From Terriglobia bacterium (GTDB lineage Bacteria > Acidobacteriota > Terriglobia > JAJPHL01), in the NCBI GenBank assembly GCA_963747095.1, contig CAVVEL010000022.1:251005-315004 (forward strand): a stretch of DNA of 64,000 bases, in the 5' to 3' direction. Shown in pieces: positions 33,338 through 43,202 of the stretch. Within the stretch, counting starts at the first letter, position 1, and every line of letters starts with the position of its first letter. Below the pieces are notes generated by a model. It made no database searches, was not told the origin of the DNA, and was given only the letters and a program-made list of their open reading frames with translations. Position numbers and translations under genes: made by a program.

Positions 33338-36300
33338 CTACCCATGCATCACCTCCGGCGCATTGGCCACGCGCGACCTGGAAACAGGCAGCGGAATGCT
33401 CATAATCACCTTTTGCGGTTCCGCCTTACTGCGCGGAACGCCCAGCACGCGCTTGTATTCGTGCGGGAAAACCTTCACGAATTTCGCCAGCAGCGTGGCG
33501 CAATTCTCCAGGATCCATTGGGCCCGCGGGCTGCCGGTGTACTCGGCGTGCTTGGAAATCAGCTCGGTGAGAATCTTGAAATCGGCGATGCCGCTCATCG
33601 GCTCCAGGTCCACGCCATTGCGGTTACACATCACGTTCGAAAATTCTCCCGTCTCATCGAAAACGTACGCGATGCCCCCGGTCATACCCGCCGCGAAGTT
33701 GCGTCCCGTACTCCCCAGCACCACGACCAATCCCTTGGTCATGTACTCGCAGCCGTGGTCGCCGACACTTTCCACCACCGCTGTTGCGCCGGAGTTGCGC
33801 ACCGCGAAACGCTCCCCGGCCATGCCGTTAAAATAAGCTTCGCCGGATGTCGCGCCGTAGAGCGAAACGTTGCCGATCAAAATGTTTTCCTCGGGCACGA
33901 AGGTCGAGCCTTTCGGTGGATAGACGATCAGCTTGCCGCCGCTCAGTCCCTTGCCACAATAATCGTTGGCGTCGCCTTCCAACGTCAGCGTGACGCCCTT
34001 GGCCAGAAAAGCGCCAAAACTTTGTCCCGCCGATCCCGTGAAGTGGAATTTGAACGTATCGTCGGGCAAACCCTCCGATCCGTAACGACGGGCGATTTCG
34101 CCCGATAGCATCGTGCCGACCGTGCGGTGAACGTTGCGAATGGGCAGGCGGATTTCCACCGGCGTCTTGGTCTCCAGCGCCTCCTTGGTCACTTCGATCA
34201 ACTGGTGATCGAGAGCCTGCTCCAAACCGTGATCTTGCGCCTGCATGCAGCGGCGGCCGACGCGCTTCGGAGCTTCGGGATGATGCAGGATCTGGCTGAA
34301 GTCCAGACCCTTGGCTTTCCAGTGCTCCAGGGCCGGGCGCATCTCCAGCATGTCCACGCGGCCGACCATCTCGTCCATGTTGCGGAAGCCGAGTTGCGCC
34401 ATGATCTCGCGCAGCTCCTCGGCGATGTAGAAAAAAAAGTTAATGGCGTATTCCGGCGCGCCGCTGAACTTGGCGCGCAACACCGGGTCCTGCGTGGCGA
34501 TGCCCACGGGACAAGTGTTGAGATGGCACTTGCGCATCATGATGCAACCCTGAGTCACCAGCGGCGCGGTGGAAAAGCCAAATTCTTCCGCGCCCAACAA
34601 CGCGGCAATCGCCACGTCGCGGCCGGTGGCGAGTTTACCGTCGGTCTGCACGCGGATGCGGCTGCGCAGATCGTTCATCACCAGCACTTGCTGCGTTTCC
34701 GCCAATCCCAGTTCCCAGGGAATACCGGCGTGCTTGATGGATGTGAGCGGCGACGCGCCGGTGCCGCCGTCGTGACCGCTGATCAGCACCACGTCGGCGT
34801 GAGCCTTGGCCACGCCGGCCGCGACAATCCCCACGCCGACCTCGGCCACCAGTTTCACGTGGATGCGCGCCTTCGGGTTGACGTTCTTCAGATCGTAGAT
34901 CAACTGCGCCAGATCCTCGATCGAATAAATATCGTGATGCGGCGGCGGCGAAATCAGCCCGACGCCCGGTATGGAGTGGCGTACGCGGGCGATTTCCGCG
35001 TCCACTTTGTGTCCGGGAAGCTGCCCGCCTTCTCCCGGTTTCGCGCCTTGCGCGATCTTGATTTGTAAGTCGTCGGCGTTCACCAGATAATTGGTGGTCA
35101 CGCCGAAACGCGCCGAGGCCACTTGCTTGATGGCGCTGCGCCGCCAATCGCCGTTGGCGTCTTTCTTGTAACGCGCTTCGTCTTCGCCGCCCTCGCCGGT
35201 GTTGGATTTGCCACCGATGCGGTTCATGGCGATGGCCAACGTTTCGTGCGCCTCTTTGCTGATGGACCCGTAGGACATCGCGCCCGTGGCGAAGCGCTTG
35301 ACAATTTCGTTGGCCGGCTCCACGCTCTCCAGCGGTACGGGCTTACGCGTTTTCTTAAACTCCATCAGGCCGCGCAGCGTACATAGCTTGCGGCTCTGGT
35401 CGTTGACCAACTGCGTGTATTCCCGGAACGTCGCGAAGCTCGACTGCCGCACGGCGTGTTGCAGCTTGCTCACCGTCATCGGATTCAGCAAATGATGCTC
35501 GCCGCGCACGCGGTATTGATAGTTCCCGCCCACCGCCAGTTCGGTAGCGGACTCCGTCATCGGCCGGAAGGCGTGGGCGTGCTTGCGGCGGGCTTCCTCG
35601 GCCAGCACCTCCAGGCCGACGCCTTCCACACGCGACGCGGTGCCGGTAAAATATTTGTCCACCAGGGAACGGTTCAGTCCGATGGCCTCGAAGCATTGCG
35701 CGCCGCGATAGCTTTGCAGCGTAGAGATGCCCATTTTGGAAAAAACTTTCAACAGGCCTTTGTTGACGGCCTTCTTGTAATGCTTGAGGGCAACGTCGAA
35801 CTCCACGTCGCCGAAAAGGCCTTTGCGGCTCATGTCTTCCAGGCTCTCAATCGCCAGGTAGGGATTCACGGCGCTGGCGCCGTAGCCGATCAGCAGGGAA
35901 TAGTGCATCACCTCGCGCGGCTCGCCGCTCTCCACAATCAGCGCCACTTGCGTGCGGCTGCCTTCGCGCAGCAGGTGATGATGCACCGCGCTCAGCGCCA
36001 GCAGGCTGGGAATCGCCGCGTACTCGGGGTCCAGGCCGCGATCCGAAAGAATCAGCAGCGTGTAACCGGACTTGATGGCCAGCGAGGCGCGGCGGCACAG
36101 GCCGTCAACGGCGCGCTCCAATTCCTTTTCGCCGCCATCCACACGGAACAGCGTGGACAGCGTCGAAGCCAGCCAATCGCCCCGCGATACGCGGCGCAGT
36201 TTCTCAAGATCGAAGTTGGTGACGATGGGCGACGTCAGCTTCAGCGTGTGACAGTGCTGCGGCGTTTCATCCAGAATGTTGCGCTCGGTACCGATGTAGC

Positions 36301-37978
36301 TGGTCAGCGACATCACCAGTTCTTCGCGGATGGGATCGATCGCGGGATTGGTAACCTGCGCGAAAAGCTGCTTGAAATAATGGAACAGCGGCTGCGGTTG
36401 ATCGGAGAGGCAGGCCAGCGGAGTGTCCGTGCCCATGGAGCCGACCGGCTCTTCGCCGTTCACGGCCATCGGCGCCAGAATCAGGCGGAGGTCTTCGTCG
36501 GTGTATCCGAAGGCACGCTGGCGTTCCAAAAGCGTGTCGAAATCCGTGGCATGGAAGCGGTGCGGATCGGGGAGTTGATCGATGGTCACTTGATTGTCGT
36601 GCAACCAGGTGGCGTAAGGTTTGCGCATGGCCAGGCGCGATTTCATTTCCGAGTCCGATACAAAGCGGCCTTCCTGCGTGTCCACCAGCAACATGCGGCC
36701 GGGTTGTAAGCGTCCTTTGTAACGCACGTCTTCCGGCTTCACGGGAAGCACGCCGGTTTCCGAGGCCATCACCAGCAGGCCATCATGGGTAACTAAGTAG
36801 CGAGCCGGACGAAGCCCGTTGCGGTCCAGCGTTGCGCCGATCCAGCGGCCGTCGGTGAAGGCGATGGCCGCGGGTCCGTCCCACGGTTCCATCAGCGAGG
36901 CGTGATATTCGTAGAACGCCTTGCGCTCCGGATCCATGGTGGGATCGCCGTCCCAAGCCTCGGGAATCAGCATGGCCATGGCGTGCGGCAGTTCGCGCCC
37001 CGCCATCATCAACAGTTCCACGGCGTTGTCGAGCATGGCGGAGTCGCTGCCGCCGGGCGTGCAGGTGGGGAAAACTTTCTTTATGTCCTCGCCGAACAGC
37101 GGCGAAGCCAGAACTTTTTCGCGCGCGCTCATCCAGCTCACGTTGCCGCGCACGGTGTTGATCTCGCCGTTGTGGCAAATATAGCGATAGGGATGGGCCA
37201 GTTGCCAAGTGGGAAACGTGTTGGTGGAAAAACGCTGGTGAACCAGGCACAGCGCGCTTTCCACGTCGCTATCGCTCAGTTCGCGGTAGAACTGCGTGAT
37301 TTGCGGGGCCAGCAGCAATCCTTTATACACGATGACGCGGGAGGACATGGACGGAACATAGAAAAACGCTTTGTCCTTGATGTCCGACTGTCCGATCTCG
37401 CGCTCGGCGCGTTTGCGCACCACGTAGAGCTTGCGCTCCAACTGGTCCTGCGACATTCCTTGGCCGGCGCGCAGGAAAATCTGCTGGATGTACGGTTGCG
37501 AGGCGCGGGCCAAACGTCCAATGGCATTGGCGGTGACCGGCGTATCGCGCCAACCTAATACGGTGAGTCCTTCTTGCGTGGCGATTTCTTCCAGCACCCC
37601 TTCGCAGGCCAGACGAGGCTGCCGTTCCACGGGCAGAAAGACCATTCCCACGCCGTATTCGCCTTCGGCCGGCAGCGTGAATCCCAGGCGCGCGCATTCC
37701 CGCGCGAAGAAGCGGTGCGGAACCTGGATGGAGATGCCCGCGCCGTCGCCGGTTTCGGGATCGCAGCCGCAGGCGCCGCGATGGGTCAGGTTCTCCAGCA
37801 CCTGGATGCCTTTGCGGATAATCCCGTGCGACCGTTCGCCCTTGATGGAGGCGACCAAGCCGATACCACAGGCGTCGCGCTCCAACTCGGGCCGGTACAA
37901 GCCCTGCTCCGGGGGAAGCCCCTGGGGCAACCCGGGTGACAGACGAGAGAATGCGGGAGCGTAGTGTTCCTCACTCAT
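33338..37978 (-). CDS. gltB: glutamate synthase large subunit
   Basis: 1546 aa with ..[19 protein letters not shown].. (N-terminal amidotransferase Cys), ..[14 protein letters not shown].. and the FMN/GXGXG regions ..[19 protein letters not shown].. and ..[14 protein letters not shown].. Confidence 0.95.
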   Translation of the reverse strand: MSEEHYAPAFSRLSPGLPQGLPPEQGLYRPELERDACGIGLVASIKGERSHGIIRKGIQVLENLTHRGACGCDPETGDGAGISIQVPHRFFARECARLGFTLPAEGEYGVGMVFLPVERQPRLACEGVLEEIATQEGLTVLGWRDTPVTANAIGRLARASQPYIQQIFLRAGQGMSQDQLERKLYVVRKRAEREIGQSDIKDKAFFYVPSMSSRVIVYKGLLLAPQITQFYRELSDSDVESALCLVHQRFSTNTFPTWQLAHPYRYICHNGEINTVRGNVSWMSAREKVLASPLFGEDIKKVFPTCTPGGSDSAMLDNAVELLMMAGRELPHAMAMLIPEAWDGDPTMDPERKAFYEYHASLMEPWDGPAAIAFTDGRWIGATLDRNGLRPARYLVTHDGLLVMASETGVLPVKPEDVRYKGRLQPGRMLLVDTQEGRFVSDSEMKSRLAMRKPYATWLHDNQVTIDQLPDPHRFHATDFDTLLERQRAFGYTDEDLRLILAPMAVNGEEPVGSMGTDTPLACLSDQPQPLFHYFKQLFAQVTNPAIDPIREELVMSLTSYIGTERNILDETPQHCHTLKLTSPIVTNFDLEKLRRVSRGDWLASTLSTLFRVDGGEKELERAVDGLCRRASLAIKSGYTLLILSDRGLDPEYAAIPSLLALSAVHHHLLREGSRTQVALIVESGEPREVMHYSLLIGYGASAVNPYLAIESLEDMSRKGLFGDVEFDVALKHYKKAVNKGLLKVFSKMGISTLQSYRGAQCFEAIGLNRSLVDKYFTGTASRVEGVGLEVLAEEARRKHAHAFRPMTESATELAVGGNYQYRVRGEHHLLNPMTVSKLQHAVRQSSFATFREYTQLVNDQSRKLCTLRGLMEFKKTRKPVPLESVEPANEIVKRFATGAMSYGSISKEAHETLAIAMNRIGGKSNTGEGGEDEARYKKDANGDWRRSAIKQVASARFGVTTNYLVNADDLQIKIAQGAKPGEGGQLPGHKVDAEIARVRHSIPGVGLISPPPHHDIYSIEDLAQLIYDLKNVNPKARIHVKLVAEVGVGIVAAGVAKAHADVVLISGHDGGTGASPLTSIKHAGIPWELGLAETQQVLVMNDLRSRIRVQTDGKLATGRDVAIAALLGAEEFGFSTAPLVTQGCIMMRKCHLNTCPVGIATQDPVLRAKFSGAPEYAINFFFYIAEELREIMAQLGFRNMDEMVGRVDMLEMRPALEHWKAKGLDFSQILHHPEAPKRVGRRCMQAQDHGLEQALDHQLIEVTKEALETKTPVEIRLPIRNVHRTVGTMLSGEIARRYGSEGLPDDTFKFHFTGSAGQSFGAFLAKGVTLTLEGDANDYCGKGLSGGKLIVYPPKGSTFVPEENILIGNVSLYGATSGEAYFNGMAGERFAVRNSGATAVVESVGDHGCEYMTKGLVVVLGSTGRNFAAGMTGGIAYVFDETGEFSNVMCNRNGVDLEPMSGIADFKILTELISKHAEYTGSPRAQWILENCATLLAKFVKVFPHEYKRVLGVPRSKAEPQKVIMSIPLPVSRSRVANAPEVMHG

Positions 37979-38040
37979 ATCACGCGAGCTTATCGCCGGC
38001 GATCAGCATAAGGCAAATGACTATTATTGATGGACGGCAT

Positions 38041-38057
38041 TAGATTGGCTTATACTA
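38041..38057. promoter_or_regulatory. TAG-N11-CTA dyad (T-N11-A type), candidate LysR box in the gltB/LysR divergent region
   Basis: TAGATTGGCTTATACTA lies between the gltB start (37978) and the LysR ATG (38102). Confidence 0.2.
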
Positions 38058-38101
38058 GAGAAAGCCGTCGCGGGAGTGCCCGCGGCCCTATCCTTGGAAT
38101 C

Positions 38102-38986
38102 ATGCCCGACGCGTTCGACCATCTCCGTCTTTTCTGCGACATTGTGGACCTGACGAGCGTGAGCCTGGGCGCCCAGCGCAACCAGATTACGCAATCGGCG
38201 GCCAGCCAGCATTTGCGGGAACTGGAACGCGGTTTCCGCGCCGCGCTGCTGGATCGCTCCACGCGCCCCTTCACGCTCACGCCCGCCGGGCGGCTCTACT
38301 ACGAAATGTCGCGGGACGTGCTGGCGCGCCACCAGGCTTTCCGGAAGGCGCTCGATGCCACCAAGGGAACGGTTCAGGGCGTGGTTCGGGTGGCGGCGAT
38401 TTATTCGGTGGGGATCGCCGGCATGAGCAAGATGGAAGCGGAGTTTTCCTCGCGCTATCCCCAGGCGCGCGTGGAAGTGGAATATTTACGTCCCGAAAAG
38501 GTTTACCAGGCGGTGCGCCAGGACCAGGCCGAGATCGGCCTGGTCAGCTATCCGCAAGCGGCGCGCGATTTAGCGGTGACGCCGTGGCTATCGGAACGCA
38601 TGGTGGTGGCGGTGGGACTGTCGCATTCGCTGGCGCGCAAGAAACGCTTGCGCCCGCGAGACCTCAGCGGCCTGGACTTCGCCGCCTTCGACGCCGACCT
38701 GCCCATCCGCCGTCAAATCGATCGTTTCCTGCGCGCCCACGGCACGGCCGTAAACGTGACCGTGCATTTGGACAACATCCCAATGGTCAAGGAAGTGATC
38801 GCGCTCGGCAAGCACATCGGCATCCTTCCGGAGCGCGTCTTGGAAGAAGACGTGCACCTGGGCCGGCTGCGCGCCATTCCCATGACCGTCGATCTGCGGC
38901 GGCCGTTGGGCATCGTGCGGCGGAAGGCGCGGCAGTTGAGCCTGGCGGCGGAGAGGTTTCTGGAGTTGTTGGGCGAGGGGGGTTAG
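38102..38986 (+). CDS. LysR-family transcriptional regulator, divergent from gltB (GltC-like position)
   Basis: ATG 38102. The HTH is ..LRLFCDIVDLTSVSLGAQRNQITQSAASQHLRELERGF..LLDRSTRPFTLTPAG.. and the substrate-binding domain follows. Confidence 0.85.
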   Translation: MPDAFDHLRLFCDIVDLTSVSLGAQRNQITQSAASQHLRELERGFRAALLDRSTRPFTLTPAGRLYYEMSRDVLARHQAFRKALDATKGTVQGVVRVAAIYSVGIAGMSKMEAEFSSRYPQARVEVEYLRPEKVYQAVRQDQAEIGLVSYPQAARDLAVTPWLSERMVVAVGLSHSLARKKRLRPRDLSGLDFAAFDADLPIRRQIDRFLRAHGTAVNVTVHLDNIPMVKEVIALGKHIGILPERVLEEDVHLGRLRAIPMTVDLRRPLGIVRRKARQLSLAAERFLELLGEGG

Positions 38987-38995
38987 GATTCTTTG

Positions 38996-39050
38996 GAACA
39001 CGGAAGGACACGGGAGAAAAGCCGGAAGCACACGAAAAAAACCCTAGGCC
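38996..39050. repeat. Family-A variant, one arm plus AACCCTAGG loop
   Basis: The sequence is GGAACACGGAAGGACACGGGAGAAAAGCCGGAAGCACACGAAAAAAACCCTAGG. The CTA of CCTAGG is the TAG stop of the Uma2 gene on the other strand. Confidence 0.6.
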
Positions 39051-39619
39051 TCGAACTTCACGCGGTGATATATATCGGCCACCTTCAGGCTCGCTCCAAT
39101 AGAAGGAAGCTCGACCACTCCGTCCGCGTCGCCGATCGAGGTAAAGTCCCAGTGGCCGTTTGGTTGTCGCGAATAATGGTCTACCTGAATGTGGTCCTGA
39201 GCTACGAGCACGTACTCGGCCAACGATTCCTGACAAGCATAGGCCTGAAATTTCTTCCCGCGATCGTAGGATTCGGTCGAAGGAGAGAGGATCTCGATCA
39301 CGACCTTGGAATTCAGTATAACGTCGTCATGTCTATCCTGCATCTGCGGCTCCCCACAGACGACTACAATGTCGGGATAAAAATATGGCCCAGGTGTTGC
39401 GACGCGCACCTTGAAGTCCGCGACAAAAACCTCGCAGGGGCCAGCGTCGAGTTGCTCGTCCAGACGGCGAGCGATGTTCACCGCGATCCGGCCATGCGGG
39501 CGACTAGTGCCGGCCATGGCGTATACCTGGCCATCCAGGTACTCGCTGCGGTATTCCGCCTTGCGTTCGGCGTCCAGGTACTCTTCGGGAGTTATGAAGG
39601 CATGTGGCATCGACGACAT
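39044..39619 (-). CDS. Uma2-family (DUF820) restriction-endonuclease-like protein
   Basis: 191 aa with ..ITPEEYLDAERKAEYRSEYLDGQVYAMAG.., ..YPDIVVVCG.. and ..VVIEILSPSTESYDRGKKFQAY.. Confidence 0.75.
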   Translation of the reverse strand: MSSMPHAFITPEEYLDAERKAEYRSEYLDGQVYAMAGTSRPHGRIAVNIARRLDEQLDAGPCEVFVADFKVRVATPGPYFYPDIVVVCGEPQMQDRHDDVILNSKVVIEILSPSTESYDRGKKFQAYACQESLAEYVLVAQDHIQVDHYSRQPNGHWDFTSIGDADGVVELPSIGASLKVADIYHRVKFEA

Positions 39620-39728
39620 AGCCGTATATTATCACTGCTCGCGCCGCGTCGCCGCGCCGTGGCGCTAAACCGACGGCACGGGCCTCCCGTTCCTTGCCAT
39701 GCGGCGGGAATCGCGGTAGCTTCGAAGT

Positions 39729-40439
39729 ATGAACTTTTTGCTGGGCGCGTTGCTTTGGCTGGCCCCGCCGCCGACCGCATTGCCGCAGGTGGAGCGCGCC
39801 GTCTTTGCGCTCACCAACTCCGAACGCGCCCGGCACGGACTCCCGGCGTTGCAACCGGACGAAGTACTGAATGGCATCGCCCACGCACACAGCGCCGACA
39901 TGCTGCGGCGCAAGTTTTTCGATCACACCAATCCCGACGGCGACGGTCCCGGCGATCGCATGGCTCGCGCCCACCGTCAACTGATCGGCGAGGGCGGCGA
40001 GAACGTGTGGGCCGGGTCCGGCTACTCACCGGCAGCGGCGGCGGCGCAAATTGTCGCCGATTGGATGGCCAGCGCGGGGCATCGCGCCAATATTCTGAAC
40101 CGCGAGTTCACGCATCTGGGCGTGGGCGTGGCGATGGAGGGGCCGGAGATCCGCGCGACGCAAAACTTCGCCAGCGCGGTCGCTTACCTCCTGACGCCGA
40201 CGCCAAGAACGGTGCGGCGGGGAGCTGTGCTCGATCTCAGGGTAAGATCGGCAGCCGGCGGAGCGGCGACGCAGTTCGATTTATGGTCGGAAGAAACGGG
40301 AAAGCGCGTCTTCGGTCCGGTTCCGCTGGTTGGCGCGCCGATTCAAGCGCCGCCCGGAAACTACCGCCTGCGATTCTATTTCCCTCACGGCAACAGCAAG
40401 TTCAGTGTGCGCATGGGACCGGCGATCGACGTGAAGTAG
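39729..40439 (+). CDS. CAP/SCP (PR-1-like) domain protein with extra C-terminal domain, secreted
   Basis: Motifs are ..LTNSERARHGLPALQPDEVLNGIAHAHSADMLRRKFFDHTNPDG.. and ..WMASAGHRANILNREFTHLGVGV.. Confidence 0.75.
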   Translation: MNFLLGALLWLAPPPTALPQVERAVFALTNSERARHGLPALQPDEVLNGIAHAHSADMLRRKFFDHTNPDGDGPGDRMARAHRQLIGEGGENVWAGSGYSPAAAAAQIVADWMASAGHRANILNREFTHLGVGVAMEGPEIRATQNFASAVAYLLTPTPRTVRRGAVLDLRVRSAAGGAATQFDLWSEETGKRVFGPVPLVGAPIQAPPGNYRLRFYFPHGNSKFSVRMGPAIDVK

Positions 40440-40669
40440 GACAGGCGTCCCGCCTGTCCCTGGAGTTTCTACATTTCGATACTGGCATAGGCTGCGGGAA
40501 GAGACGAGGCCGAATGGTTGCCGTTCTGCCACCATTCGCTCGCCAGGCGCGGCTCTTGTTTCCGAGTAGCCTGTGATACGTCCAAGTGAACTGTCTTCGC
40601 CGTAGCCTTCTGCCCTCTGTTCGCTTTTCTGTGCTTCCGGTGGGTCCCTGCGTGGCAGAATCATGATTC

Positions 40670-40735
40670 ATGCCGTTGACCCCAGGATCGCGCATCGGAC
40701 CCCACGAAGTCGTTGCTCCGCTCGGCGCCGGTCCA
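40670..40735 (+). pseudogene. short 5' remnant resembling the N-terminus of acidobacterial Ser/Thr kinase-type proteins
   Basis: MPLTPGSRIGPHEVVAPLGAG resembles the common LxPGxRLGPYEIxxPLGAGGMGEVY start. The reading then degenerates and runs into a REP-B unit. Confidence 0.3.
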
Positions 40736-40793
40736 GGGTGTACGACATTAAAGTGGGGAGAAGTGTCCTCCTTCGCCGAGACTGGCGCTAAGC

Positions 40794-40878
40794 CTGCGAA
40801 GGCAGGCGGTAGAGTATTAGCCCCAGGCGAGGCGCAGTTCCCGAGCCTGGAGTTAGGAATCGAGAAAGCGAGCCTGCG
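40794..40878. repeat. Family-B REP unit, left flank of the IS110 insertion
   Basis: CCTGCGAAGGCAGGCGGTAGAGTATTAGCCCCAGGCGAGGCGCAGTTCCCGAGCCTGG .. GAGCCTGCG ends at 40878. Confidence 0.8.
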
Positions 40879-40910
40879 TAGACGTCTGAGTGGTTCTGTC
40901 AAGTAAAAAC

Positions 40911-42206
40911 TTACGCGGATGCCGTTGACGACGCGGCATCGATCGCCCGAATCAACGGCGAACCACGCTTCCGCAATGCTTCCAGGTAACGCGATTCGTC
41001 ATAGGGGACGTGATCCTTCCAACAGCGGAAGACGATACGGATCCACTTGAAGGCCAGGGCTCGCACCGCGGCCTGGTGGCCGGAACCGCGGCCCCGTTGC
41101 TGCTCGTAGTAGGCGCGCGCCCAAGCCGACTTCTCCAGGGAATGGGCCGCCCATTCTTGAAAGCTTTGTCGCAGGAACTTCGGACAGGCCCAGCGGAAGT
41201 GAACCCAGCGGCTCTTGCCGCTGCTCTCCGTCACCGGAGCGATGCCGCTGTACTGTTGCATCTCCACCGCCGTGGCGTAGCGTTCCCGCTGCGAGCCGAA
41301 AGCCGCCAGAACTCGCGGTGCCAGCACCTCCCCGGCGCCCGGCAAGGAATCGAAAATGAAAAAGTCGGGATGCTCTTGGGCCACCGTGGCGATCAGTTGA
41401 TCGAAGCGGGCAATGCCTTGCCGCAGGGTGCGCAACAACTCCAGCAGGACCCGCACCCAAGCCACCGCCGGCTCCTGCACCGCAGGATCGCGCAGCGCCG
41501 CGACCGCCTGGGCGATCTCCTGGGGGAATTGCTCGATCCATTCCGTCCGGCGACAATGATGCTTCCGCAAGAAGGTCCGCAAGGTGTTGGGCCGAGCTTT
41601 TTGCAGAGCCTGCAACGTCGGCCAGCGTGCCAGCAGGGCTGCCAGAGTCGGAGAATCGGCGTCCTCGAACCAGGTCAGGGCCTGTGGGAAGTAAATCTTC
41701 AACTGCGCCGTGAGACGATTGCTCTGGGCTGTCTTTTGATTGACCAGTTTGCGGCGAGCTTCCACCAACTGCTGCAGGCGGCGGGTGGCCTCGCTATCCG
41801 GACTCAGCCGGCGCAGGCGCGCGCGGTGATGGACCAGCAGCTCCAACAGCAGGTCCGCGTCCAGCGGATCGTTCTTGTTTCCGGACGGGTACAGCGCCGC
41901 GCGGAAGTTGGCCGCCGACCCCGAGTGGATCGGATACAAGTACAGATGCGCATACTTGCGCAGCAGGCCGGCCAAGGCGCCGCGGCTTTGCTCCAAAGCG
42001 ATGGCCAGGGGGCCTTCCCCGTAGCGGGTTCGCAACTGGGCAACCCATTCGTCGATGGCCTCCGGGCTTTGTTCCATCTCGCCGCGCTCGATCCGCGGGG
42101 AATCGGCGGCCTGCGCCGCCCAACTGTGTTTTTCATCACCCCAATCGATGGCCGCCAAGGCCACAAAGTGGGGTTCAGGAACAACGTTCTCGATTTCGGA
42201 ATTCAT
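40911..42206 (-). CDS. IS110 family transposase (DEDD recombinase)
   Basis: ATG 42206. Motifs are ..VALAAIDWGDEKHSWA.., ..LAIALEQSRGAL.., ..NKNDPLDADLLLELL.., ..LDSLPGAGEVLAPRVLAAFG.. and ..YSGIAPVTESSGKS.. Confidence 0.9.
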   Translation of the reverse strand: MNSEIENVVPEPHFVALAAIDWGDEKHSWAAQAADSPRIERGEMEQSPEAIDEWVAQLRTRYGEGPLAIALEQSRGALAGLLRKYAHLYLYPIHSGSAANFRAALYPSGNKNDPLDADLLLELLVHHRARLRRLSPDSEATRRLQQLVEARRKLVNQKTAQSNRLTAQLKIYFPQALTWFEDADSPTLAALLARWPTLQALQKARPNTLRTFLRKHHCRRTEWIEQFPQEIAQAVAALRDPAVQEPAVAWVRVLLELLRTLRQGIARFDQLIATVAQEHPDFFIFDSLPGAGEVLAPRVLAAFGSQRERYATAVEMQQYSGIAPVTESSGKSRWVHFRWACPKFLRQSFQEWAAHSLEKSAWARAYYEQQRGRGSGHQAAVRALAFKWIRIVFRCWKDHVPYDESRYLEALRKRGSPLIRAIDAASSTASA

Positions 42207-42214
42207 GGCAACCT

Positions 42215-42400
42215 CCAGGATTTGTTTTTTGCAGGCGCCCCGTTTCCGCGAAAGGCTTATAGTATTCTTGGATCGTTCCAGAATTCGTCGGAGAGATGTC
42301 GTTCTGGAAACGAAGCGACTCCCGCGGCTCGAGGGTCTACGCAAAAACATCTAGTGTTTGCTGGCGAAACTCGTAGCCGCGGGAGGCCTGCACCTTTATT
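42215..42400 (-). ncRNA. candidate IS110 bridge-RNA-like structured leader (hypothesis)
   Basis: Two extended imperfect stem-loops lie upstream of the recombinase ORF on its strand. In the first, CTCCCGCGGCT-CGAG (42319-42333) pairs with CTCG-AGCCGCGGGAG (42370-42385). In the second, CGTTCCAGAA (42274-42283) pairs with TTCTGGAAACG (42302-42312). Confidence 0.3.
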
Positions 42401-42589
42401 CTGCGCCCACCCGAACTGATCGATACCAGATCACGGCAATTGCTTCTCTCCCTTGCTGAGCAGGGCAAGGGGACTCAAACGCCGTCCCCTTGCCCCGCAC
42501 CCCATTCCCCTGCTGCCCTTCCCAGATGTCCTGGAATCATTCATCTGATCCGTCCGGAGTTACTATAAGCTGGCGACAGAGACCTGAAC

Positions 42590-42751
42590 CACCGCCTCTG
42601 TCGCCAGCTACGCAGGCTCAATTTCATGGCGCCGACAACCCCAGGCTCGGCTGAACTACGCCTCGCCTGGGGCTAATACTCTACCGCCTGCCTTCGCAGG
42701 GTTGCTTTTGCTCTTGACCCCAGGAGCGGCTAAACTGCGCCTCCCGTGGGG
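42590..42751. repeat. Family-B REP units (two), right flank of the IS110
   Basis: The hairpin is CTGGCGACAGAG..CTCTGTCGCCAG. The two units are CCCCAGGCTCGGCTGAACTACGCCTCGCCTGGGG (42639-42672) and CCCCAGGAGCGGCTAAACTGCGCCTCCCGTGGGG (42718-42751). Confidence 0.8.
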
Positions 42752-42926
42752 CTATCGTTCTTGCGCTGGCATTGGCAGGCTGAAAAGGCCGCATTCCTCT
42801 GTACGTATCCAGTACTTTCAGAACCTCTGGATTTGCTCAGGGATGCTCGTTCATCCACTTTCATGTCGCGCACCCGCCGGTCCAGCATTAAACCACAATG
42901 AACCGCCGGAGCGCTATACTTAGGAA

Positions 42927-43202
42927 ATGACCACACGGGCCTACCCTGGTTCCGAGCTGATCGAACGCGGAATTGCGGATCTTCAGGAAGGCGCGGAGAC
43001 GATTCCCGCGCTCCTGGTGTCGGTCGGAGCTTTCCGGCTTCGCCGCTTGGGCCTTGCGATCCCCGAACGGACGATCGCTTCGCCCGAGACCCATCTCTAC
43101 CGGAAACTCCAAGAGTCGGATCCGGATAGTGCGCATTCACGTTACAACGCTTTGATCCGAACTCTCACCAGCTTTGAGCGGGCGGCCGAGTGCGCCAGTT
43201 AA
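42927..43202 (+). CDS. hypothetical protein (91 aa), first gene of an overlapping two-gene cassette
   Basis: MTTRAYPGSELIERGIADLQEG..AHSRYNALIRTLTSFERAAECAS. I recognise no family. It overlaps the next ORF by 13 nt. Confidence 0.5.
   Translation: MTTRAYPGSELIERGIADLQEGAETIPALLVSVGAFRLRRLGLAIPERTIASPETHLYRKLQESDPDSAHSRYNALIRTLTSFERAAECAS

Larger units (their letters stand above)
40879..42566 (-). mobile_element. IS110-family insertion sequence inserted in a REP-B palindrome (boundaries approximate, +/- a few nt)
   Basis: GAGCCTGCG|AAGCTGGCG(G/A)CAGAG is contiguous at 12906-12929. Here it is split: GAGCCTGCG ends at 40878 and AAGCTGGCGACAGAG starts at 42567. There are no inverted repeats, as expected for IS110. 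Confidence 0.65.

Noticed and set aside
33004-33405. ORFs 33004..33345 (-) and 33211..33405 (+) in the gltB-gltD spacer
   Set aside because: Both are read-throughs of the family-D palindrome. Mirror-image peptides on both strands indicate repeat DNA, not genes.
40670-40906. 78-aa ORF as an intact small gene
   Set aside because: Only the first ~21 residues resemble a kinase-type N-terminus. The remainder is a translation of a REP-B unit. I treat it as a remnant at best.
41010-42419. 469-aa plus-strand ORF opposite the IS110 transposase
   Set aside because: The minus strand encodes a complete IS110 DEDD recombinase. The plus ORF has no recognisable features.
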